The notes under the pieces were generated by a model, which saw only the letters and a program-made list of their open reading frames with translations, ran no database searches and was not told the origin of the DNA. Of a stretch of 64,000 nucleotides of DNA, positions 54,061 through 64,000 are shown one piece after another; the first letter of the stretch is position 1; each line of letters begins with the position of its first letter. The DNA comes from Octopus sinensis (taxonomy: Eukaryota). The position numbers were made by a program, and so were the translations under genes. The DNA is taken from positions 18,910,001 to 18,974,000 of the forward strand of contig NC_042997.1 in the NCBI RefSeq assembly GCF_006345805.1, in the 5' to 3' direction.

Positions 54061-54694
54061 TAGAAGGCAGGATCAGCATGCTATAGTTGTTTGAGGCACA
54101 AACACCTGATGATTCTGTGCCACCTGTAGAATTTCCTGGTTAGTGAACAAATGTGTTCTCCATTTGTAAAAGACGTTTTTTTCTGCAGCTCATATCTTTG
54201 ATAGAGCCACAGTCCAAGATCAAAATATGAACAAGATCAGGTCTCTTGCCTTTGGTACTCTCTACTTGTTGAATAATGTGGCTGGTGGAAGTTCTACTGT
54301 GACAATATATAGAGAGTTTAGTGATGAATAAGAGCAATGAATCTCAGTGAATCTCTAGGCATTGATGAGAACGATCTTACTGCTCTATTTTGGAGGACTT
54401 TCAGACTGGAGACTACTATGGACAATTTCCAGGGATTCTTGGCTTAGCAGTGTTACCATAGGTATTGATGGTCAAAGATAAACTCAACAGGAAAAAGTTT
54501 TTAAAAAAGCCACAAAAATGACACAACTCAAAACTACTAAAAACAGGTGATGCAGAACAAGCTCTAATTCTTCTAAGAAACAACAAATGCACTTCTCAAG
54601 GGAATAAGCTAAGAAAGTATGTAGGTCTATCATTATTATTATTTTCATAAGGTTTGAAATGTTATCCCACTTGAATTGAAATGCAGGGATCTCA

Positions 54695-55030
54695 TCATCA
54701 TCATTATCATCGTTTAATGTCCGCTTTCCATGCTAGCATAATTTGGACGATTTGACTGAGGACTGGCAAACCAGATGGCTGCACCAGGCTCCAGTCTTGA
54801 TTTGGTAGAATTTCTACAGCTGGATGCCTTTCCTAACGCCAACCACTCCAAGAGTGCTTTTACATGCCACCGGCACTAGGGCCACCAAGGGGGTACTGGT
54901 TTTTTTACGTGTCACATGCACACTGGCACAAGTGTCAGTAAGGCGACGCTGGTAACGATCACGCTCGAATAGTGCTTTTTATGTGCCACCGGCACAAATG
55001 CCAGTTAGCCGCTCTGACAACGATCACGCT
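54695..55030 (-). mobile_element. RTE-type 3'-end repeat
   Basis: Reverse complement of the shared (GAT)n-tailed family. Confidence 0.85.
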
Positions 55031-55163
55031 CTGTTTTAACATACGCAGACAACAATGATAGTAGGGCATCTTGAAAATCAAAGTAATCATCAAGAACGTC
55101 CTAAATAAATATAAGCTGGTGCTAAGAATTTACATCAAAGAAGATATGTCTGGGATCTTGCAG

Positions 55164-55324
55164 CTCAACACAGGGAAAGCCAAGTTCAAAGTGTTGATTC
55201 AGCATCATGGATTACAGACCTGGATGAAGCAAAGACTAAGATTGAGAGTGCCCAATTGCCTGAGTTGCCATTTTGGACAATAAAAGATAAATACTGTCCA
55301 AATTTCATGAGTTATACTCGACTG
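55164..55324 (+). CDS. Candidate exon or decayed retroelement ORF, product unknown
   Basis: Acceptor gatcttgcag, donor ctg|gtaagt. The frame is open from ~55105 (NLHQRRYVWDLAAQHRESQ...LPELPFWTIKDKYCPNFMSYTRL). Confidence 0.28.
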
Positions 55325-56654
55325 GTAAGTGATGTGATTTGAGATCATCTCCTTAGACTAAATCATAGAATCATTGTATACATTGAAACACTTATGCACT
55401 ATTCTATTTATTTTACATTATAAAAATCTTCCATTGTGGTTCTTCGAGCTGTTAAATTTTTGTGTATACATGTGTTTGAGAGAGAGAAAGAGAGCAGGGG
55501 AGAGAGAGAAAGGGGAGATAGAGAGAGAGATTTGGAAAAGTGATTTGGAAAAGTGATGCAATTTAATTTTCTTCAATTTAAAAATAAATTGAACCTTTTG
55601 TTTTTTTTTTAATTGAAATGACAAAAATCCCCCGAAACGGTTTCAGAAAATGTAATCAGAGAGGAAGGTTATGGTATTTACGGCTTTAAATGTTTTGCAG
55701 ATTAACTTAACATCCCAGACAGTTGCATCTGTTTACAGCCAGAATATTTGCCAATTAAATATATGAATAAATATTTGGTTTTTTTCTGTATGCAGTCAAC
55801 TTGTTCACACATAAGATACACGAACATATACATGTACATACATCTAAAATATAGAAGAGAAAAAACAAGAGGCCAAGATACATATGTTTACATGAGTTGG
55901 TGTACAAAACAGAAGACATGCTTACTTCTTTGGTGATCTTGTCTGGAAGCAGAGGTCCTGCTCAAAATTTTTGCATGTCCTCCGAGACAAGAGAGTTTTA
56001 TGCCATTAACATTCTTTTCGAAATGTTACAAGTCAACAGCTGCAGGCAAAATGTGCAGACAAAGACTGAGGGAGGGGCCTAGAGAGTGAGACACAAGAAG
56101 GATGATATGCTGAGAGGTAACCAAGAGAGAAATGCTTGATTAGATGTGGCACAACACCAGCCAGAGTTGAGGAGCCAAAGCCACTGTGGTATCAGTAGAA
56201 AGAGACTAAGAGAGAAGACAGAAGTCTGTGAGCCAGAGGTTGGTGAGTGTCAGTAGACCAGCTTTATGTTTCATGCTAGTCAGTCAAAGGAAGGTTATAG
56301 ATTGGTAAACAGTGAATGTATCAAATCCATTAGTAATTTTATCCTCTAATTATATACTTGACTAAATATACTAGTTACACAAACACATAGATGCATGTCC
56401 ATGCATCACACTTTCTCTAAAGAGAGAGATATAGTCATGCATATGAATGTACAGATGTATATGCACCTAACAAACTACATTTTATTATATATATGTCCAC
56501 TCAGTCAGAACCGATCTGGGATTAGATAATCTTATAGTAAGAATAAATTAGGTGTATACAATTATTTTTAAACATAAGTTAAATTTATGATAAAATATTC
56601 AAAGAATCTTAGCAAAAATAACAACAACAACAACAACAATAATAGTAATAATGC

Positions 56655-57205
56655 TCTGATGCAGTACCAGGCACTGGCTCTTATGGCTTCTGATCATAAC
56701 CAATTGGAAGCGTTAACGCGTACATGTTTTGTTTTGGTATAAAGGATGGGCTACAGCAAATATTGTGCTCAATATCACAGATTTGCTTGTCAGTTGTTTG
56801 ACTTTGACCAATTGAGCATGTCCCTTGGTGGTTGACGATATGTGCATCTCAGATCACAAGCAGAAGTAGTGAGGCAGCATCACAGCCATGTGTTGAGAGG
56901 AATTCATTGGAGTTTTAATAATACACCTCTGGAAACATGGGTGTTTTGTTCAACATCCTTAAATAACCCTTATTCAGGATCTTTTGAGTGGGATGGTCTA
57001 CTCAAACTGAAGAAAATTCTAACTGGATTCCACCTGCAAGGTCATGTGCTGTGTATCTTGATATGAGATCACCATGTTGTGCACATATAGTATGATGCAT
57101 GTGCCAGGTGTACCCTTATCTTGATGGGTAGTCATCTTAGTTATACTAGGCTTCATATATTTTATCCCAGTGTCACTTTGATGGCATTCACTACTCTTTC
57201 ACTCA
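56655..57205 (+). mobile_element. Unclassified (AAT)n-tailed repeat, second copy
   Basis: Homologous to 28806-29265. Confidence 0.8.
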
Positions 57206-57390
57206 ATAATAATAATAATTATAATGGCTTGTTACTCAATCACCCATATTAATATTTATCTGTTAACAAGTATAACTACTTCCTCCTGACAACTCTATTA
57301 TAATAATAATTATAATGGCTTGTTACTCAATCACCCATATTAATAATTTATCTCTTAACAAATATAACTACTTCTTCCTGACAACAAATT
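57205..57390. repeat. Tandem duplication, 2 x ~91 bp
   Basis: taataataattataatggcttgttactcaatcacccatatt...cctgacaac occurs twice. Confidence 0.9.
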
Positions 57391-59859
57391 GTAAACTGAA
57401 TCAAATTTTGATTCAATAGTTTAAGTAGCAAAACTGGTGAAAATTCTAGAAACAGTATGCAGGGTAATTGCTTTACTAACAATGAATAGTAAAATGGAAA
57501 ATCAGATTCAAATATTGATTCAATACTTTAAGTTGTTAAATGCTTGGGCGAGTGTAAGGCATGGATGGTTGCTTCTGTCCACTTTGCATTTCATCCCTTT
57601 GGGAGTCAATGCAATGGTGTTTTAAGTCTTTTGATACTAACTCACATGGGAACATCATTGGTTCTATGATACAAACTTCCTGTTTTAAAGTGATCTAAAT
57701 TAAAATCTTCCCTCAAAAGTTCATGTTAATTCATATTTCAAATGCTAGATTAATAATGACAAGGTTATCTAACTAAATTCTTCATTATTTTCAAAATTGA
57801 CCAAAGCAAGGACAGTGTATTTTAACGGGAATATGATTAAGAAAACGTTATGTTTAATTGATAGCAATCTGCCTAGAGTGCTCAAAGGCCTCACTGCTCT
57901 AGGAATCCTATGCTAACCTATATATGTTACGACTTGCTGTTAGCAAATAAATACTATAGGCTCTAATGCATTGTTTTAGCTGAGGCCTCTAATGCCATTG
58001 AGATAGCCCTAAGTTATGATAAGATGTGAAGTAGCCAGGGATATGATATCAGGCAAAAACTTCAAAACTTTTGATGCATCATTGATTATTTTGGGAGTCC
58101 ATTTAATTTTCAATAACACAAGCAAGCTGTTGGAAGTCAACACCAGTATGTTGCTTGAATTGGAAGATTTATTTCCTGTCCATTTCATACCAGGACACAA
58201 CTAATAAAAACCAAGAGATAATCAAGGCTCAAGAGACATTTACTAAACAACTTACAATAAATTAATTACAGCTAATTTTGGAGCTTTTGCTTTCTCTATG
58301 TCTTCTCCTCGACAAAAGTTTGCTTTATGTCCAGTCAAATGAAGTTTAATATTTTAGCTTAAAAACAGAGACAATTATTTACCAAAAACTGTTTTCTTTC
58401 AGTGACTGGTAAACATAGTGAACATGTTTATGTTTTATTGCTTCAGTCTTATTTATTATTTATTTATTATTTATTACCCTAATGTTGAAGTTGAAAAAGA
58501 AATCATTAAAATTTAATAATGCTTCACTTGGAAAGAAAAATAATGAGTTTTTCTATTCATTAATTTTTTATAATATTGATTCAAAACCAAATTAATCTTT
58601 TTCTGAATTAAAATAATTTTTAATTGAATAACGCTAAATGGTTGGAGTGAGTGAAAACTAAGTGGTGCAACAAATGAAATATTAGATTTCATGTAATGAA
58701 TATTTAAAAATATTTAAAAATATATAACAAAATAATTTATTTATAAGAAATATATCGCTTTTAGATTTCATTAAATGTTGATCAATAATCAATAATAAAG
58801 TTCAATAGGAAGGTAATGTTAGTGAGGAGCAAAAATTAATTTAAGGATTGTATTATGAGAAAATATATTCCAGAAAAGAAGACAGGAAAAGACAATCCAG
58901 ACTATCTTAGTAGCGGAAGGTTGTTTGTTTAATTAGTGTGGTCAACCAAAACCTTCTTTACAATAGCTTTACTCTCAAAAATTACAAGTATTTTGTAATT
59001 AAACTTAATCTATATTCATATAGTTTTCAAAATTTATTCAAGTTATGTATGCAGTATATTAATCATGATGAGCTGTAGGGAATAGGATGATTTTGAACAA
59101 TAATAATATTTTCATTTTTATATCTACAGGTAATTTAATTAATTGAATTTCCAGTTTATTATGTTAAAACTCTCACTAATGAATGTCATGCTATGGAAAA
59201 TAAACCTAAGATTGGATCATTCATAAAATTTATATTCCTATTTTCATTTATTAATATATTACACAAAGAGAAAATATAGTTTGAGATCATGAAGCTGGTA
59301 TTTAATTACAAAAGTTAGTGATGATAATCATATTGAGAATGATATATAGAAAAATAAATTATCCATCGTTCCTAGAAACTAGGTTTCATTCTTCAGAGTT
59401 CACAATGAGAGCCATGGAAAGAATATGGTAATGTATTAATACAATAGATAACACATGAACTTCTAAAGATATTCATGTGTGGCAAAAACAGAAGACTTAC
59501 CAGCATAGTTTATATGACAAGTATTTGTAGGCGAGACAAAAAGAACTCAATATGTACATGTTTATTCATTCATTCATTTTATACCTATTTTGGCATGTTG
59601 GTATGGGATGGGCAAAAACATTTTACTGAAATACTGTTTTCCAGTCAGATGTCCTTCCTGACACTAACCCTTGCTTGCAAGCAAACGGTTTCTATTTTAT
59701 TTCCTTTGTCTTTGAGAGCATAGAGTTTGCGAATGGTATGGTTGATAAGAAATGTCATCAAACAACTCTGTTTTTAGCTCAATGTGTTCAAGAAATATAT
59801 GTCATAGAATGTAAGTATTCATCACACACACATATACGCACACTTACATATGGATATAT

Positions 59860-60040
59860 ATATATATGTGTATATGTGTATGTATGTATGTATGTATGTA
59901 TGTATGTATGTATGTATGTATGTATGTATGTATGTGTGTGTGTGTATGTATGTATGTATGTATGTATGTATGTATGTATGTATGTATGTATGTATGTATG
60001 TATGTATGTATGTATATATTTATATATGTGTGTGTGTGAA
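59860..60040. repeat. (TATG)n microsatellite
   Basis: Directly visible. Further tracts at 19590-19680, 51864-51921, 60540-60610 and 63745-63825. Confidence 0.95.
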
Positions 60041-60329
60041 ATTAACAAAAATTTCTTCTTAAGAAACTACATATCCAAATAAGGAAACTTTAATAACATG
60101 AATAGCGAAAACAAAACCAGTCAATATATTAAAAATGATATTATAACTATGAAAAGTGTGTGTATTTTCCTTTTTTAATTTCTTATATATATAATACAAC
60201 TCACCACGTGGGGATAATTGAAATACCTTCTTTTCTGTTACTATATATATATATATATTTGGGAGAATTCACAAAAAAACAAAAGATGAAGACAAGTGGT
60301 GTAGACAAACGCTTGGGAAGTGAAAAAGT

Positions 60330-60365
60330 CTTTAACATTTCGAGCCTACGCTCTTCCACAGAAAG
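60330..60365 (-). ncRNA. Degenerate minimal type I hammerhead ribozyme motif (Penelope-like terminal repeat)
   Basis: CTTT-CTGTGGAA-GAGC gtag GCTC-GAAA-T-GTT-AAAG: stems I and II pair and GAAA is intact, but core A6 is mutated. Confidence 0.55.
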
Positions 60366-60476
60366 GAACACAGAAAGAAACAAGGAGAGAAAATACCGAA
60401 TGTGTAGTGGCTAGTGAGGAGCTATCATGTGAATGCCGGACAGGGGTGGTCACACAGGAGAGCTAGGAAGATGGGG

Positions 60477-60508
<32 letters not shown>

Positions 60509-60583
60509 ATATTTATATATATAGTTACATACATGCATACATACATACACATACATACATACATACATACATACATACATACA

Positions 60584-60617
<34 letters not shown>

Positions 60618-62982
60618 CACGACAGGCTTCATACAGTTTCTGCCTAACAAATTCACTCACAAGACATTGGTTGACCTAAGGCTATATTGGAAGACATTTG
60701 CCAAAGAAATTATACATTGGACTGAAACCAGAATTATGTTATTGAGGAGCACTGTAGTACAGTACTTTGACTAAATATCTTCTCTATAGAAGACTTTTAA
60801 CCAAGGTGCTGAAGTGTGAATTACAAATTGAGATTGCTGATAACAAAGCAAACTCCATATTTAAACAGCCATACATGCACCTATAGAAAAGAAAGCATGC
60901 ATGCTCCTCCAGAGTTTGACCCTCCAAGGCCTCCAAAAGCAAGAAACACACACCAAGACCAATGAACCATGCTGTATTGTGAAAGCAGCTAAATATCATC
61001 AACACAAGATGTGAGAAAGATTAAACTGAAATTCCTCATTATTGGATGTAGTACCGGATGTATAATATATTGTTAAGGATTAGTAGTTAAAAAAGATGAA
61101 AACAAAGAAAAAATGTTAAAAAGGAGTAATTAATGTTTTACAAGAAAAAAAGACATTCAGAAGGTATCATGCACATACACACACACACACACGTATACAT
61201 GTGTGTGTATACAAACCTACATATATATGAATATATATATATATATATATATATAAAACTGCAACTCAATTCTAATACTTTTGTCCTTTATACATATATA
61301 CCCCCCCCCCCCCACACACACACACATGTATGATTGTGTGTATCTGTGTGTCTCTTTGTATTTGTCTATGTATGTGTGTTTGTATATATATAACGTAAAG
61401 AGAAAACTACTGGAATTGACTCATGCTTAAATTTATTCTGAAAAAGAAAGCAATAAAGAATTTTTGATAAAGTATGTTAGATTTTTGTTGTTATATCTGT
61501 AGCAGAATGACCAACGAGGATGTTCGAAGAAGCAGCAGAACTAGTGAATTGTTCATGATTACTTCCTTGTGCTCTAGGTTATCAAATGGACATAGGCAGC
61601 ATAAGTGTTGACTATCATTTCCAAATGGTGTCTGCATTAGAGCAGAATATCATCAATAGAAATAGCGTCAGCACAACAAGAGAGGTGGCAAGATGGGTTA
61701 TTTATTTATTCATTTGTATAGATTTTTTTTGTGCCTGATTTAAGAAAGATAATTGTTTTTGCAAAGCAATGAAGTAAATGCAAATCATGGGTCATTTGAC
61801 ATCGCCACAAAGATTATGTCTGAAACTAATTGGTGAGAGAATAGGCTCTTTAGATGCATGCTGTTTTGCTCCTAATTTGTCTAATATCTCCAGGCTTAAC
61901 AAACTGATACCAGTATTAGGCCAAAAGTGTAACTGCTATGTTGAAATTTCTCATAAGACTTCTTGGCACACAATATGAATTATACTTCCCAGTCAGATTT
62001 AAAGTTGTTAATGTTTATCAATGGTAAGGATAGTGAAATGGCAAAATCGTTAGAGCAGTGGACAAAATGCCTTATGGTATTTAGTTACAGCTCTTTACAT
62101 TCTGAGTCAAAATTTCACAGAATCCTAATTTGTCTATCATCCTTCCAGGGTTTATAAAATATATCACCTGTCAAGAAGTTGATTTAATCAACTGCACTCT
62201 CTAAAATTTGTGCTCAAGAAGTTCACTTCACAACCTTTTACCAATGTTAGAAATCAATACTAAACTGACAGAGCCATTGTTTCATATTTACAAAATTGAT
62301 GCAATTTGGCCAAGGATATTATATAAGACATTTTTAGAAGGTACTTGGCTACTTATGTAAGCTGAAATAAACATAAGAGTAGGCAAGCTCCAGCTAAAAA
62401 AAAATAATGTCACAGACAAAGGCATGAATATATACCATTATCCAAATTTATGCATAACATAATAACAATAAGCCACAGAAATTAAGCTGTTGCTATTACC
62501 TATAGCAAAGTTTTATGCAGGTGCAAAACTATGAATTTGTAATAGAAAAGTATTGTTTATTTGAGAAGAATAGTTAGTGATTTAGGACACATTGGAAAAT
62601 GTTGCACAAAATACTGTGTCAAAAGTCAGGAAGGTCATAAATGGGATACCTTTGATCAGAGCTAAATTAGGTTTCATCAACAATCCTCATCAAAACCTTT
62701 TGAGGATGATAATAACAGGCTTGGCTGTGTGGTTAAGAAGTTTGCTTCACAACCATATGATTTTAGTTCAGTTTCACTGCATATTACCTTCTACAATAGA
62801 CCAAGGGTGATCATCACTTTGTGAAGAAAAATTGTAAGTTACACTGAAGCTTGTCACATCTCTCTCACTCTCTCTCTCACTCTCTCTCTCACTCTTTCTT
62901 TCTTTCTTTCTTTCTCTGTCTGTCTATCTGTTTGTCTATCTATCTATCTATCTATCTCTATCTATCTATCTATATATATATA

Positions 62983-63029
<47 letters not shown>

Positions 63030-63134
63030 GTTAATCCAAACAAGAAAGCACAAAAAAACAAAAAACACAACAACGCGAGGACGTGGAACAAATATAGTAT
63101 TATTCAACGCTCAGGAAAGAAGGAAAGAAGGAGG

Positions 63135-63169
63135 ATTTAATGTTTCGAGTGGAGCTCTTTGTCGGAAAC
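63135..63169 (-). ncRNA. Degenerate minimal type I hammerhead ribozyme motif
   Basis: GTTT-CCGACAAA-GAG ctcca CTC-GAAA-C-ATT-AAAT: same architecture as 60330-60365, with core mutations. Confidence 0.45.
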
Positions 63170-63889
63170 ATAGGAGAAGGAAAGATTCAGAGAAGGGAAG
63201 ACAGAGGAAAAAAAATTGCCAACGGTACACAAGCGATCACATTTTGAAATATATATATGTATACACGTACACACACATATATTTATATATGTGCATGTAT
63301 GTATATGTACTCCAATGGTGGTGCCTCAGCATGGCCCCTGCTCATGGCTGGAACAAGTAAAAACAACATGTGTGTGTTTCACATAACCTCTTAAATCTAG
63401 ATAACTATATCTAAGCATTGTCCAAGCCTAATTAGGCTACCTATGAAGAAAATTAACCAATACCAAAATAAGTCATCCTTACAAACTGTGAATCAATGAA
63501 CACTTTACACTTACAAGAATGATGAATAACCCATAATAATGAGACTAGGATATAAGAAATTCACCATCTAGCACAGTGTGTTTTCCCATCATCAGCTACT
63601 CAATTGGATATCACCTTGATTTTGACACCTTGGCAGTACAATTCAATCTGGCAGTGTCCATAGCATTAAAAATATAAATGTTACCTGGGAATTCATTAGC
63701 TTATTGCTACAAGTAGCAACATAAGGGTAAACAAATAATGATATGCATGTATGTATGTATGTATGTATGTATGTATGTATGTATGTATGTATGTATGTAT
63801 GTATGTGTGTGTGTATGTATGTATACATGTAGGGATTGATGGAAGCTTATGCTTATACATACGTTCATACATATATCAATGTCAGAGTT

Positions 63890-64000
63890 AGCATAATTTA
63901 ACATCCATTTCCCATGCTGGCATGGGTTGGATGGTTTAACAGGATCCAATGAACCACAGTTCTGCATTGATCTCCTGTATCTGTTTTGGTATGATTTCTA
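63890..64000 (-). mobile_element. RTE-type 3'-end repeat, running off the window edge
   Basis: catccattttcccatgctggcatgggttggatgg is the reverse complement of the shared tail. Confidence 0.75.

Noticed and set aside
58016-58204. 62-aa plus-strand ORF with an antisense partner
   Set aside because: No recognisable motif and no convincing splice pair.

Overview
Very AT-rich eukaryotic (metazoan) DNA; the repeat families and microsatellite load point to an octopus/cephalopod genome (inference). It reads as intergenic or deep-intronic sequence built mostly from microsatellites and decayed mobile elements: three tRNA-derived SINE families, many RTE-type 3'-end copies with (GAT)n tails, R4/Dong-like RLE LINE fragments bounded by (AAT)n, RTE, CR1/Jockey-like and Penelope-like RT remnants, hAT and Tc1 transposase remnants, piggyBac-type MITEs and Helitron/Helentron-like pieces. 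I could not confidently identify a host gene; there are only short unassigned exon candidates. Nearly all ORFs in the track are repeat artefacts. No rRNA, intact tRNA or CRISPR array was seen. The most interesting items are two degenerate minimal hammerhead-ribozyme motifs, a 14-unit structured 61-bp array with higher-order periodicity, a perfect 21-bp hairpin in a module inserted into (TATG)n, and an inverted-plus-direct duplication at a LINE junction. I see no clear evidence of a new multi-gene system. Most TE coordinates are approximate; family assignments come from motifs recognised by eye, not database searches.
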